Origin: Acidobacteriota bacterium
GTDB taxonomy: Bacteria > Acidobacteriota > UBA6911 > RPQK01 > JAJDTT01
Assembly (NCBI GenBank): GCA_965209055.1
Contig: OZ242374.1
Coordinates: 5,856,001 to 5,920,000 of the forward strand
Length of the DNA: 64,000 nucleotides
Direction: 5' to 3'
Numbering within the stretch: the first letter of the stretch is position 1; every line of letters starts with the position of its first letter. The position numbers were made by a program, and so were the translations under genes. A model generated the notes under the pieces. The model saw only the letters and a list, made by a program, of their open reading frames with translations. It was not told the origin of the DNA and searched no databases. Below, piece by piece: positions 1 to 10,081 of this stretch.

Positions 1-253
1 CTCCCGCCGCCGCCGCCCGGGACCCGGTGAGAATGGTCTCCTTGTCCTCCCGGCCCGGTTCCCGCAGGTGGACGTGCATGTCGACGAAACCGGGGGTGAC
101 CACACAGCCGTCGACGTCGATGGTCTCGCCGCTCTTGCGAGTGGCCAGGTTCCCCACGCCCGCCACTTTCCCATCCTCGACGAGAATGTCCGTCCGCCGA
201 TCCAGATCCTGGGACGGGTCCACGACCCGGCCTCCGCGCAACAACAGGCTCAC
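1..253 (-). CDS. pyrC: Dihydroorotase (5' part; runs off window)
   Basis: Not in ORF track. Manual translation from GTG at 253 gives [15 protein letters not shown]...[33 protein letters not shown], with the D-x-H-V-H-L-R-E-P-G amidohydrolase motif; GTGA overlap with the pyrB stop. Confidence 0.93.
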   Translation of the reverse strand, partial: MSLLLRGGRVVDPSQDLDRRTDILVEDGKVAGVGNLATRKSGETIDVDGCVVTPGFVDMHVHLREPGREDKETILTGSRAAAAG

Positions 254-1185
254 GACTCCTCCTCGCCGGCTCCCAAAAGGAGATACAGGACCGCCATTCG
301 CACCGCCAGTCCGTTGGTCACCTGATTCAGTATGACCGAATGGTCGCCGTCGGCGACATCCGGATCGATCTCGACGCCGCGATTGATGGGTCCCGGATGC
401 ATGATGATGGCGTCCTTGCGGGCGGACCGCATCCTCTCCCGGCTCAGTCCGAAGAGACGGAAATATTCCCGGACCGAAGGAAAGAAGACTTCATGCTGCC
501 TCTCCCTCTGGGTCCTGAGCATCATCACCACGTCCGCGTCCGCCAGGGCCTCCTCCAGATGGAAGGTGACGGTGGCTCCCAACTGTCCGAACTCCAGCGG
601 TATCAGTGTCGGAGGGCCGCAAATCGAGACCCGGGCCCCCATCTTGTTCAACAGGTAGGTGTTGGACCGGGCGACCCGGCTGTGAGAGATGTCCCCGACA
701 ATGGCGACCTTCAGGTCCCGGATGGAACCCTTGCGCTCCAGGATGGTGTAGGCGTCCAGCAGCGCCTGGGTCGGATGTTCGTGCATTCCGTCCCCGGCAT
801 TGACGATGGAGCACTCCCGGCAGGCCTCGGCCAGCAACCAGGGCGCTCCGGCCGCATGATGCCGCAGGACGATGATCTCGGGACTCATGGATTCCAGGTT
901 GCGGGCCGTGTCGACGAGGGTCTCCCCCTTTCCCACGCTGCTGGTGGAAACGCTGAAGTTCAGGATGTCGGCGCTCAGGCGCTTGGCCGCGATCTCGAAC
1001 GACGAGCGGGTGCGGGTCGACGCCTCGTAGAAGAGGTTGATGATGGATCTGCCTCGAAGCGTCGGCACCTTCTTGATTGGACGGGTGGCGATCTCACCGA
1101 AGCCCCGCGCCGTGTTCAGGATCAGCTCGATGTCGCCGACCGGCATCCCTTCGATTCCCAGAAGATGCCTGCTGCTGAGCGGCAT
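250..1185 (-). CDS. pyrB: Aspartate carbamoyltransferase catalytic subunit
   Basis: [29 protein letters not shown] and [12 protein letters not shown] motifs; lies between pyrR and pyrC. Confidence 0.97.
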   Translation of the reverse strand: MPLSSRHLLGIEGMPVGDIELILNTARGFGEIATRPIKKVPTLRGRSIINLFYEASTRTRSSFEIAAKRLSADILNFSVSTSSVGKGETLVDTARNLESMSPEIIVLRHHAAGAPWLLAEACRECSIVNAGDGMHEHPTQALLDAYTILERKGSIRDLKVAIVGDISHSRVARSNTYLLNKMGARVSICGPPTLIPLEFGQLGATVTFHLEEALADADVVMMLRTQRERQHEVFFPSVREYFRLFGLSRERMRSARKDAIIMHPGPINRGVEIDPDVADGDHSVILNQVTNGLAVRMAVLYLLLGAGEEES

Positions 1186-1188
1186 GGG

Positions 1189-1722
1189 TTAAGCGCCCTT
1201 CCGGGTGAGAAACACCCCCTCGTCCCGGTCCACAGGGGCGATGTGCACGTCGACCGTCTGGTCTTCACGGGTCGCAACCCGGCGGCCCGTGAAGTCCGCC
1301 TGGATGGGAAGCTCGCGGTGTCCCCGGTCGATGAGCACCACCAACTCCACCCGTTCGGGCCGGCCGTAGTCCAGAAGACTCTCCAGGGCCGCCCGCACGG
1401 TACGGCCAGTGTAGAGCACGTCGTCCACCAGCAGCAGGGTCCGGCCGGTGACGGAAAAATCCAACTGGGACGCTCCGACGATGGGCTGCGGCCCGACCAG
1501 TGACAAGTCGTCCCGATAGAAGTTGATGTCCAGGATCCCCAGCGGCAGGCGGTGCCCCGTCAGATCTTCGATATTCTGCTTCAGACGCCGTGCCAGGGGA
1601 ACTCCGCGGCGGCGGATCCCCACCAGAGCCGCCTCCTGGATATCCGGATGGGATTCGACCAGGTCCCTGGAGATCTTCAGGAGCGTGCGCTCCATCTCAC
1701 GATTCGTCATCAACAGTTGCAA
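1189..1722 (-). CDS. pyrR: Bifunctional pyrimidine regulator / uracil phosphoribosyltransferase
   Basis: GIRRRGVPLA, LDINFYRDD, VDDVLYTGRTVRAAL, DRGHRELPIQADF; TTG start with GGAGGAG RBS. Confidence 0.96.
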   Translation of the reverse strand: MQLLMTNREMERTLLKISRDLVESHPDIQEAALVGIRRRGVPLARRLKQNIEDLTGHRLPLGILDINFYRDDLSLVGPQPIVGASQLDFSVTGRTLLLVDDVLYTGRTVRAALESLLDYGRPERVELVVLIDRGHRELPIQADFTGRRVATREDQTVDVHIAPVDRDEGVFLTRKGA

Positions 1723-1763
1723 CGGACTCCTCCGGCACTAACTGAGGGCGGCCTGAGATTTTG

Positions 1764-1902
1764 AGGTTAGCACAGGGATGGCCCGGCGAGAATGAGTTCC
1801 GGCGAATTCGAAAGAGAGAAGGCCGGCGGGCGAACCCGGTGCTCAGCCGGAGACCTCCCCTTCCCCCACTCCTCTCACACTTTCACTGCCCTGTGCTATC
1901 GT
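1764..1902. promoter_or_regulatory. Back-to-back extended -10 promoters for pyrR (-) and pyrK (+)
   Basis: CCCTGTGCTAACCT on - (1764-1777) and CCCTGTGCTATCGT on + (1889-1902); both fit TGnTAnnnT. Confidence 0.6.
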
Positions 1903-1908
1903 GAAGTG

Positions 1909-2736
1909 GTGATTCACGTGGTCCAGGCGCCGGTCGTCGGGAGCGTCGGCTATCCCGGTTTCAACCACCTCTTGGCGCTTCGTTCCCGTGAGATTGCCGA
2001 CAGCGCCAAACCCGGCCAGTTCGTCATGGCCGGTCTGGCGGACTGCTCTTCCGACCCCCTTCTCAAGCGCGCCCTGGCCGTCTACTCGATCCCTCGCATG
2101 TCCGGCGACGGCGATCTCCTCACGCTGCTGATCAAGGTGGTGGGACCGGGGACCCGCCGGTTGGCGGCGCTCCGGAAAGACGACCGGGTCAGCCTGATCG
2201 GCCCGCTGGGAAACGGATTTGACACCTCCCGGGCCAAGGGCCGGGTCAGCGTTCTGGTCGCGGGGGGAGTGGGCATCGCCTCCGTCTTCCTGTTGGCCAA
2301 GGAACTCAGCGAGGCCGGGGAGGAAGTCCATCTTCTGTACGGCGCCCGCAGGGCCCGGGACCTGGTGGGACTCGAGGACTTTCAGGACCTGGGGATCCAG
2401 GTCCAGGTCGCGACGGAAGACGGCAGCCGAGGTTTCCGGGGACGGGTCACCCAGATTCTGGAGCCTTACTTCCGCTCCTATCCGGCTCGGAGACTGGCCG
2501 TTTACACCTGCGGACCCAATCCCATGATGCAGGCCGTCTCCAGGCTGGCCTCCGCTCACGGAGCCGGTTGCCAGGTATCGGTGGAGACCCCCATGGCCTG
2601 CGGTTTCGGCGTCTGCCTGGGGTGCAGCGTAAGAACCGTCCGCTCCTATCGCCTGGCCTGCACCCACGGCCCCGTGTTCGATGCCCGGGAGGTGGTCTGG
2701 GACACGGCAACGGAAGGGGAAGGGGTCCATGCCTGA
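1909..2736 (+). CDS. pyrK: Dihydroorotate dehydrogenase B electron-transfer subunit
   Basis: PGQFVM, GPLGNGF, AGGVGIA, TEDGSRG, CGPNPMM, MACGFGVCLGC...LACTHGPVF (2Fe-2S). Start moved from 1792 to GTG 1909 (or 1906). Confidence 0.93.
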   Translation: MIHVVQAPVVGSVGYPGFNHLLALRSREIADSAKPGQFVMAGLADCSSDPLLKRALAVYSIPRMSGDGDLLTLLIKVVGPGTRRLAALRKDDRVSLIGPLGNGFDTSRAKGRVSVLVAGGVGIASVFLLAKELSEAGEEVHLLYGARRARDLVGLEDFQDLGIQVQVATEDGSRGFRGRVTQILEPYFRSYPARRLAVYTCGPNPMMQAVSRLASAHGAGCQVSVETPMACGFGVCLGCSVRTVRSYRLACTHGPVFDAREVVWDTATEGEGVHA

Positions 2737-3691
2737 GCCGGTCAACCTTGCCGTCGAGATCTCCGGCATCCGTTTCAAGAACCCGGTGCTGACGGCCTCA
2801 GGCACCTTCGGCTACGGACTGGAGTTCACCCGCTTCTTCGACATCTCCCGGCTGGGCGGCTTCTGCACCAAGGGACTCTCCCTCCTTCCCCGACCGGGTA
2901 ACGCGCCCGGCCGGATCTTCGAGACTCCGTCGGGGATGCTCAATGCCATCGGATTGGAAAACGTCGGTGTGGAGGCATTCGTCCAGGACAAGCTTCCACG
3001 GCTGGAACCCTACGAGACCCACGTCATCGCCAACATCTTCGGCAAGAGCATCGGCGAATTCACCGCCCTCACCGACCGGCTCAACCCCTGTCCCAAGGTG
3101 AGCGCCCTGGAGTTGAACATCTCCTGTCCCAACATCTCCGAGGGAGGAATCGAATTCGGACACGATCCGGACCTGACCTTCCAAGTGGTCCAGGCCGTGA
3201 CCCGGGTGTCGGCCAAACCGGTCTGGGTGAAGCTGTCGCCCAATGTCACCGACATCGGCATCTTTGCCCGAGCCTGCCAGGAGGCGGGCGCCGACGCCGT
3301 CACTCTGGTCAACACCTTCGTGGGTATGAGCGTGGACGTTCACCGGCGCCGCCCCATGATCTCCAATGTGACCGCCGGCCTCTCGGGGCCTGCCATCCGG
3401 CCCTTGGCCGTTCGGCTGGTCCATCAGGTCGCCGAGAGCGTGGAGATTCCCGTCATCGGCATCGGCGGCATCGCCACCACCCGGGACGCCCTGGAGTTTC
3501 TCATTGCCGGAGCCCGGGCGGTCCAACTCGGGACCGCCAACTTCTCGGATCCGTTGGCTGCCCCGAAGGTGATCCAGGGCCTGGAGGACTATTGCCGGAG
3601 TCACGGAATTCGGGACATCAACCAGATCTCCGGCTCGTTGCGAACCCGGGAGCGGCCGATCCCATCCGGTGCGGCCGGCGGAGGCGCGTAA
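2729..3691 (+). CDS. pyrD: Dihydroorotate dehydrogenase B catalytic subunit
   Basis: KNPVLTASGTFGYG, GMLNAIGLENVG, ELNISCPN, VKLSPNVTDI, GLSGPAIRP; ATG 2729 overlaps the pyrK end. Confidence 0.96.
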   Translation: MPEPVNLAVEISGIRFKNPVLTASGTFGYGLEFTRFFDISRLGGFCTKGLSLLPRPGNAPGRIFETPSGMLNAIGLENVGVEAFVQDKLPRLEPYETHVIANIFGKSIGEFTALTDRLNPCPKVSALELNISCPNISEGGIEFGHDPDLTFQVVQAVTRVSAKPVWVKLSPNVTDIGIFARACQEAGADAVTLVNTFVGMSVDVHRRRPMISNVTAGLSGPAIRPLAVRLVHQVAESVEIPVIGIGGIATTRDALEFLIAGARAVQLGTANFSDPLAAPKVIQGLEDYCRSHGIRDINQISGSLRTRERPIPSGAAGGGA

Positions 3692-3694
3692 GAC

Positions 3695-4312
3695 ATGGGA
3701 GTCCACCAGCGCGGACTGAGGCATGGTTTGAGCGTGCTCCTGGCCGGCCTCCACCTGGCCCTGGCGGCTCCGGCGGCCGCCGGACAGTTGTCGCCGACGG
3801 ATACGGCCGAACCGGCGGAGGCCTCGGCCTGCCATGCCTTCGTCGACTACGAGAACATCTGGACCATCGAGCTGATCCGATCGCAAGACGAGAACATCAC
3901 TCCCATCCTGAACATCGTCACGTTCACCAAGGGAGAGTGGGACCTGAGACCCGATCAGATCCACATTTTCAACCGCAAGGGAAAGGAAGCGCGAATCAAA
4001 CGCTTCGCCATGGATACGGGCGTTCCCGGCGACGCCTACAAGAGCAACTACCTGAAGGTCCTGGGAAACAGCTTCGTCGGAGTCGACCTGGAGGGCAAGC
4101 TCAAGGACTTCCCGACTTCACCCCGCGTCACCATCGACCTGGCCCATTATCGCTTCGAGCTCCAGCCTCTGGACTGCCAAGCCTTCGACAACCTGGCCCA
4201 CCGGATCAACAAGATCAATTTCAACAGCCCCGACATCCGGGAAGACTTCGACCTGATCAAGATCCCCCACATGGGACGCAGGCTGCCCCGGCCCAAGCCT
4301 CACGAATGGTAA
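3695..4312 (+). CDS. Hypothetical exported protein
   Basis: Hydrophobic signal peptide (LSVLLAGLHLALAAPAAA); typical codon usage; starts 3 nt after pyrD. Confidence 0.75.
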   Translation: MGVHQRGLRHGLSVLLAGLHLALAAPAAAGQLSPTDTAEPAEASACHAFVDYENIWTIELIRSQDENITPILNIVTFTKGEWDLRPDQIHIFNRKGKEARIKRFAMDTGVPGDAYKSNYLKVLGNSFVGVDLEGKLKDFPTSPRVTIDLAHYRFELQPLDCQAFDNLAHRINKINFNSPDIREDFDLIKIPHMGRRLPRPKPHEW

Positions 4313-4314
4313 AA

Positions 4315-4389
4315 GGAGGCAATTTCCAATCGCCCGTGCGCCGGGTTCCCTGACGTTCCAAGAATCGGCGGTTGGGAAACCGCCGCTCC
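4315..4389. repeat. REP-like palindrome pair
   Basis: GGAGGCAATTTCCAATCGCC (4315-4334) and GGCGGTTGGGAAACCGCCGCTCC (4367-4389) in opposite orientation between convergent genes. Confidence 0.6.
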
Positions 4390-4449
4390 GCTCCCGCTCC
4401 GTTTGGCCGGGCATGGCCCGACGGGGGAGCCTTCCTCTTTCCCGGCGTT

Positions 4450-6093
4450 TTACCTCCTTCCGAGCCGGTCCAGCACCTCACGCGGCGGCGTCCAGCCGTA
4501 GCTTCGGGTTACGTCGGGCCGGTAGGCGACGGTCAGGACGAAGATGCGAAGGTCCCGCGCTTTCTCGGGTGGAACGTTGACCTGAACCTGGGTGAAACCG
4601 TTTCCGAACCAGCTCTGGTAGCCGTCGTCCGGACTCTCGGTGAGAGCGTGTCCGTTCAGACGGACGTCCACCAGTTGAGGCCGGCGGTACGGGATCCGGA
4701 ACCGGAAGCCGATTCCATGCAGGATCCGGGAGGAACCGGGCGCGTCGGACTGGTTTCCCCTGTCCAGCACGACCAGGACTTCGGGGCCCGCCCGGACGAA
4801 GGTCTCCACGGACTGGGCATCGATTCCCGGCCGACCCCGGAGGTTGGATAGGAAGACCTCCGGATCCGAGTCCAGAACCCGGGACGCGTCCCTGTCCACT
4901 GCGACCAAGTAGCTGTCGCGGCCCGCGGTCTGGGGATAGAGGATGCCCTGAAGGAATCGCTCCTGCTTCTCCCAGAGCTCGACGCGGCTTCTGCGGCGCT
5001 CGGCGGCGGTCCGGCCCCAGGCCGTGACGTAGTGCCCGGTGAACGACTTCACCCGGTTTACGGGGTAGCCGGAGATGGGCTGGTCCTGCCAGAATCCGTT
5101 TCCGATCAGCAGAAGCCCCTTCAGCCGGGCGACCCCGGCTTCCTCCCAGCCCACCTCCAGGACGGTCTGAAGGGTATGGTAGCGGGCGTATCCAATTTGG
5201 GCCGTGTAGAAGCGGGTCCGGCCCCGCCACAAGCGGCCGGACAACGCGTCCAGGGCCGGAGCCCAGAACCCCCGCTGGGCATCGGCCTCGGCCCGGTCCG
5301 ATCCATACCCCGCTTCGACCCCCGCCTGAATCATGGCGTCGGTGATCCGCGGATCCCAGGGACGCAGCAGGAAGTTGGAATATGCGGATCCGGTGGACTC
5401 GAACATGGTCTGTCCGCGATAGGACCGCCGGTCCCCCAGCTTGTCCACCGGATACTCCTGAAGTCCGGTGCCATGGATGTCGGCGTGGACCTCCGGACGG
5501 TAACGGTCCATCACGGAAAGGACCGCCCGGATCTCCGGGACCTTGTCCGGTTGCTTGAAGGAGAGGTTCTCCAGATCCCAATTTTCGTCGCCCCCTCCGT
5601 AGGGATTCATGCCTTGAGACGTGCCGAAGCGATCGGTCACGAAGAAGGCGTATGGATTCACGATGGGCATCAGAAGCAGGACCTGCTTGCGCCGGGTCTC
5701 GGCGGCCTCGTCACTGCCGCCCAGGAGCCATTCGGCCAAATGCAAAATGGTGGTGGTGCCGGAACGCTCGGGACCGCCGTGCAGCGCGGTGACGAGGCAG
5801 ACCTGCTTGTCTTCGTCCGGTACGGTCGAATCGGTGATCTTGAGAAGAAAGATGGGCATCTTCTCCGCCGACTCGGCCACACGTTCGACCTGGAGGATCT
5901 TCCCGTGCCGCTCGGACCAGTATTCCAACGTCGCTTCGTACTCCTGGAGCGTGATGCGATGCATCTTCTGCTTCCAGGGTTGGGGCAGTCCGGCCAGCAA
6001 CCGGTCGAGATTCGTGCCGGGTTCCTGGCTCGCGGACAGCCCGCCGGCGAACAATGGAAGTGACGTCAACAGGATCAAAGAAATCTTCTTCAT
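4450..6093 (-). CDS. Exported M14-like zinc carboxypeptidase
   Basis: C-terminal part of track ORF 4450..8076; true start MKKISLILLTSLPLFAGG (signal peptide) at 6093; LHGGPE, LLMPIVNP and HADIHG motifs. Confidence 0.75.
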   Translation of the reverse strand: MKKISLILLTSLPLFAGGLSASQEPGTNLDRLLAGLPQPWKQKMHRITLQEYEATLEYWSERHGKILQVERVAESAEKMPIFLLKITDSTVPDEDKQVCLVTALHGGPERSGTTTILHLAEWLLGGSDEAAETRRKQVLLLMPIVNPYAFFVTDRFGTSQGMNPYGGGDENWDLENLSFKQPDKVPEIRAVLSVMDRYRPEVHADIHGTGLQEYPVDKLGDRRSYRGQTMFESTGSAYSNFLLRPWDPRITDAMIQAGVEAGYGSDRAEADAQRGFWAPALDALSGRLWRGRTRFYTAQIGYARYHTLQTVLEVGWEEAGVARLKGLLLIGNGFWQDQPISGYPVNRVKSFTGHYVTAWGRTAAERRRSRVELWEKQERFLQGILYPQTAGRDSYLVAVDRDASRVLDSDPEVFLSNLRGRPGIDAQSVETFVRAGPEVLVVLDRGNQSDAPGSSRILHGIGFRFRIPYRRPQLVDVRLNGHALTESPDDGYQSWFGNGFTQVQVNVPPEKARDLRIFVLTVAYRPDVTRSYGWTPPREVLDRLGRR

Positions 6094-6174
6094 ACCGATC
6101 CACCTCCTGACACGGCACCGGACTGGCCGCGCGTCCCCGCTTCCCAATAAACTGGCGCGCACGACTGGGAGAAT

Positions 6175-8298
6175 ATGAAGCCCTTGCCCAAATTTCTCAT
6201 ATCGATCTGGATACCGGTTATGTGCTCGTCCATTCCGTCCGAGGCCTCCCAAACTTTGAGGGTTCTCCCCGAAAGGATCAACCGGGTAGAAACCAGGAAG
6301 ATGGTACGCCAGTATCTCCTGGACCAGGCCGAGAAGGCGTTCCTGCGCCGCGAGGCGGCGTTCGAGGAACTCAAGACTCCCGCGGAAATGCGGGAGCACC
6401 AGCGCCGGATGCGGGAATTCCTGCGGGCCCAACTCGGGGGCTTTCCCGAAAGGACGCCGCTTCAGGCTCGCGTCGTGGGCCGCCACCGGCGCGACGGCTA
6501 CAGCGTGGAGCGCGTCCTGTACCAGAGCCGTCCCGGGCATTACGTCACGGCGCTCCTCTACCTCCCCGACGGTCCGCCCCCCTATCCCGGGGTCCTGATC
6601 GCCTGCGGGCACGCGCCCAGCGCCAAATCGTCGGAAATGTACCAGCGGGCGGCTGTCCTTCTGGCCAAAGGGGGAATGGCCGCGTTGTGCTACGACCCCA
6701 TCGGGCAAGGGGAGCGCCACCAGATTCTCCATCCCGACGGAAGGCCCCGCTTCGAGAACGGAATCGAGCACATGCTGGTGGCGGTGAGTTCCATTCCCCT
6801 GGGCCTCAGCGCCGCCACCTACCGGATCTGGGACGGGATCAGGAGTATCGACTACCTGACGAGCCGCGAGGAGATCGATCCGGACCGGATCGGCCTCACG
6901 GGCAACTCGGGGGGCGGATTGGTGACCACCCTTCTCATGGCGCTGGACGAGCGCATTGCCTGCGCTGCTCCCTCCTGCTACATCACTCACGTGAAGGAGC
7001 TGCTGCACACGCAGGGGCCGGGAGACTCGGAGCAACAGGTCTACGGCGAAATCGCCCAGGGTCTCGGGCATGCCGACTACCTCATGATCCGGGCGCCGAA
7101 ACCGACTCTCATCTGCGCCGCCACCCGCGACGACATGTTCGACATCTCCGGATCTTGGCGGTCCCTGCGGGAGGCCAAACGTTTCTACGGACGCCTGGGA
7201 TACCCGGAAAGAGTCGACCTGGTGGAAGCCGACGTGGTCCACGGTTTTTTTCGACCCCTGCGGGAGGGCATGGCCCGCTGGATGCGCCGCTGGCTCCTGG
7301 GAATCGACGACGCCCTCCGCGAGGACGACTCCCGTCTCCTGAGTGAGGAAGAAGGGTCCATGCAGGAGTTCATCACGGCCTCGGGGCCGGACTACAGCGA
7401 GTTCCGCCCGGTTCGGCTTCCGGTGGTCCGTTCCAGTCCCGAAGGCCAGGTGCAGCTCATCCCCGGCGCCCGAACCGTCTTCCAATTCAATCGGGAGCGG
7501 GAAAAGGAGCTCGCCGCTGTGAGGCGCGCCTTTTGGCGGCGGACTCCCAGAGACGAGGCGCTGAAGGAGGTGCGGCGCCTGGCGGGAATCCGCCGTCTGG
7601 ACGAACTGCCCCTCTTGACGGTGGAAGATTCGGGAACCCTGCCCCGGCCCGGGTATGCGATTCACAAGCAGGTCCTTCACCCGGAGCCGGGCATCCGGCT
7701 CCCCGCCCTGCGCTTCGTGCCCGACGCCGGCGGCCGGGACGTGGTCCTGTACCTTCATGGCGAAGGCAAGCAGGTGGATGCCGAACCCGAGGGCCCCATC
7801 GAGAAGCTGGTGCTGGACGGGCGCGAAGTCCTGGCCGTCGATCTGCGAGGCGTGGGCGAGACTCAGCCGGCCAAGGGGAAGTGGGGCTACGGTCCGTTGT
7901 TCGGAGCGGACTGGGAAGAATTCTACATGGCCTACATGCTGGGCCGATCGTACCTGGGGATGCGGGCCGAGGAGATTCTCGTCATCGCCCGCCATCTGGC
8001 CGAGAGCACGGGGTCCGATGCCGCAAGCAGGGTTCACCTGGTGGGGATCGGCGAGGCCGGACCCGCCGCCCTCCATGCCGCGGCCCTGGAGCCGGCGCTG
8101 TTCGCTTCACTGGAACTGCGCCGGTCGCTGGTCTCCTGGACCAACGTGATTCAGTCCGAGGTGCCCGTCAACCAGTTGGTGAACACGGTCCACGGGTCGT
8201 TGCGGAAGTACGATCTCCCGGACCTCCTGATGAGCCTCTCTGCAATGAAGGTCAGAGTCATCGACCCGGCCGACGCCACCGGTCAGAGGCTGCCGTAG
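6175..8298 (+). CDS. Exported two-domain alpha/beta hydrolase (acetylxylan esterase-like)
   Basis: CGH, YDPIGQGER, GLTGNSGGG nucleophile elbow; second domain has VDLRGVGET but GIGEAG lacks the catalytic Ser. Confidence 0.85.
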   Translation: MKPLPKFLISIWIPVMCSSIPSEASQTLRVLPERINRVETRKMVRQYLLDQAEKAFLRREAAFEELKTPAEMREHQRRMREFLRAQLGGFPERTPLQARVVGRHRRDGYSVERVLYQSRPGHYVTALLYLPDGPPPYPGVLIACGHAPSAKSSEMYQRAAVLLAKGGMAALCYDPIGQGERHQILHPDGRPRFENGIEHMLVAVSSIPLGLSAATYRIWDGIRSIDYLTSREEIDPDRIGLTGNSGGGLVTTLLMALDERIACAAPSCYITHVKELLHTQGPGDSEQQVYGEIAQGLGHADYLMIRAPKPTLICAATRDDMFDISGSWRSLREAKRFYGRLGYPERVDLVEADVVHGFFRPLREGMARWMRRWLLGIDDALREDDSRLLSEEEGSMQEFITASGPDYSEFRPVRLPVVRSSPEGQVQLIPGARTVFQFNREREKELAAVRRAFWRRTPRDEALKEVRRLAGIRRLDELPLLTVEDSGTLPRPGYAIHKQVLHPEPGIRLPALRFVPDAGGRDVVLYLHGEGKQVDAEPEGPIEKLVLDGREVLAVDLRGVGETQPAKGKWGYGPLFGADWEEFYMAYMLGRSYLGMRAEEILVIARHLAESTGSDAASRVHLVGIGEAGPAALHAAALEPALFASLELRRSLVSWTNVIQSEVPVNQLVNTVHGSLRKYDLPDLLMSLSAMKVRVIDPADATGQRLP

Positions 8299-8317
8299 GT
8301 CTTCTGTCCATCTTCCT

Positions 8318-8338
8318 GGAGGCGACATTCGAGTCGCC
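8318..8338. repeat. REP-like hairpin
   Basis: GGAGGCGAC-ATTCGA-GTCGCC, resembling the 4315 element, just after the hydrolase stop. Confidence 0.4.
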
Positions 8339-8647
8339 CCTCTTCTCCATCCCGGATGCTCCCGGCGGAGCGCGGGGATCAAGACCTTCCGCCCTCAGTC
8401 GGGCCCCGCCCCATTGAGACGCGGGAGTTGCGTCACGACGATTTCCCCGCGCCCAATTCCCGAATCTGTGCGAAAATATCCATCAGCGAGCGTCCCTTGA
8501 AACGCGCCGCGGCAGGAGGTCACCGGCTCCACCCCAGCAGATTTCCACCACACCGACCGAGCGAATCAGCCCTCAGATAGAAGCGCCCCCGGCAGCAGCC
8601 GGCTGGAGACGGACAGCAAGACCTGAAATCCGCAGGAATCGACGCAG

Positions 8648-9967
8648 ATGGCCCAGGACATCAAGAAACTCTACCTCTTCCATCTGTTGCTCTCGGTCTC
8701 TCTGACCGCGGTGGGTTCGTTCCTCTTCATCGATCGGCTTTTTCTCCGCCTGGGGCTGAGCATGTCCCAATTCGGGCTGATCAAGGGGACCGCCTTCCTG
8801 GTTCCCGTCACCCTGAACCTTGTGCTGTCCCCCTATATCGCACGTCTGGGACGAGACCGTGAGATCGTGGCCGTCAGTTACGGGCTCCGGGTCTTTCTCC
8901 CCTACCTGTTTCTGCTACTGCCCTGGTTCCCGGTATCGGCGTCGCTCCTCACGCTCATCTGTGCCCTGATCTTCATGGTCACCCTGATCTGTCCGGTCGT
9001 CGCCCATACCAGCCTTTCGTCACTGTGCAGATACCACATCCCGCAAGAGAAGCTGGGAATGCACATGGGTTACATCCTCTCGTTGATGACGGTTCCCAGT
9101 GTCATTCTGGCCGTTCCCGCCAGTTGGTACATTGATCTCCATACCGCCGAGAGCGACTCGCGGTTCTACGGTGCTTTTCTGCACGTTTTCCTGGCGACGA
9201 CACTGTTCATCCTGGCGGCTGCCTGGTTCATTCTCCGCCTCAATCCGCGGAAGGAGTCCGCCCCCAGACGCAGACGGCCGGGATTCACCGATATCGCGGA
9301 GCCCTTCCGTAATCGTCCCTATCGCGTTTTCCTGCACGCCTCCTTCATGCTCAGCATGGTCGGGACCATGATCACCTCCTTCATCAATCCCTACCTTCTG
9401 GGTCCTCAGAACCTGAGCATGTTCCAGGTCAGCCTGATCACGGTATTGGTCTCCACGGTGGGAGTGGGCTTGAGGCGCCTCTGGGGCCACATGTGCGATG
9501 AGTATGGCGGCAAGAATGTCCTGCGGATCTCGGTGGTGGGGGTCGCAGCCGCGCTATTCGTCCTTACCGGCAAGGGACTGATTCCGATTTTGATCTACGC
9601 CGTCATGGCCTGGAATGTGACCGAGGGTCTGTTCGGCGCGGGACTGTTCACGGGACAGCAGTACCTGAGCCTGGCCCTGAGCGACGGGGAAAGAACCAAC
9701 GTCTACATCGCCGCCACCTCCTTCGCCAATGGCACCGGGATGTTCGCCGGGTCTCTGCTGGGAGGCTTTCTGCTGGACTGGCTGGCCGGTCAGATACGAG
9801 TCGAGCAAACCGGCGCCCACTACGCCATCTACTTCACCTACTGCGCCCTTTTGTACCTGGTCGTGGGCCATTTCGTCACTGCGCTGCGAGAGCGCAGGCG
9901 GCGCGTGAGATCTACGGAACTGGTCCTGAGAATGTACCGGGCGCTCCGGTCCAAAATGCGACGGTAG
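8648..9967 (+). CDS. MFS transporter
   Basis: 439 aa with about 12 hydrophobic segments; WGHMCDEYGGK motif A variant. Confidence 0.85.
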   Translation: MAQDIKKLYLFHLLLSVSLTAVGSFLFIDRLFLRLGLSMSQFGLIKGTAFLVPVTLNLVLSPYIARLGRDREIVAVSYGLRVFLPYLFLLLPWFPVSASLLTLICALIFMVTLICPVVAHTSLSSLCRYHIPQEKLGMHMGYILSLMTVPSVILAVPASWYIDLHTAESDSRFYGAFLHVFLATTLFILAAAWFILRLNPRKESAPRRRRPGFTDIAEPFRNRPYRVFLHASFMLSMVGTMITSFINPYLLGPQNLSMFQVSLITVLVSTVGVGLRRLWGHMCDEYGGKNVLRISVVGVAAALFVLTGKGLIPILIYAVMAWNVTEGLFGAGLFTGQQYLSLALSDGERTNVYIAATSFANGTGMFAGSLLGGFLLDWLAGQIRVEQTGAHYAIYFTYCALLYLVVGHFVTALRERRRRVRSTELVLRMYRALRSKMRR

Positions 9968-10081
9968 CATGACCGCCGTCGAGTGCTATGCGGCCTCCAG
10001 CGGAACGGGAAACGACAGAAACCGGATTCGGATGGAGGCGGGGCCGGCGTTCCAGGTCAGCGGCTACCCGCCTCGCCGCCC

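Noticed and set aside
1768-1898. Invertible segment bounded by the 10-bp inverted repeat TAGCACAGGG/CCCTGTGCTA
   Set aside because: Each arm is itself part of an extended -10 promoter for one of the divergent operons, which explains the symmetry.
6094-8076. N-terminal 661 codons of the 1208-aa track ORF 4450..8076 (-)
   Set aside because: Antisense shadow of the 6175..8298 hydrolase; the real protein starts at the signal peptide at 6093, so this is not a giant fusion.
8299-8647. ncRNA or riboswitch in the 350-bp gap before the MFS
   Set aside because: No recognisable consensus beyond one REP-like hairpin; the small ORFs here lack RBS or motifs.
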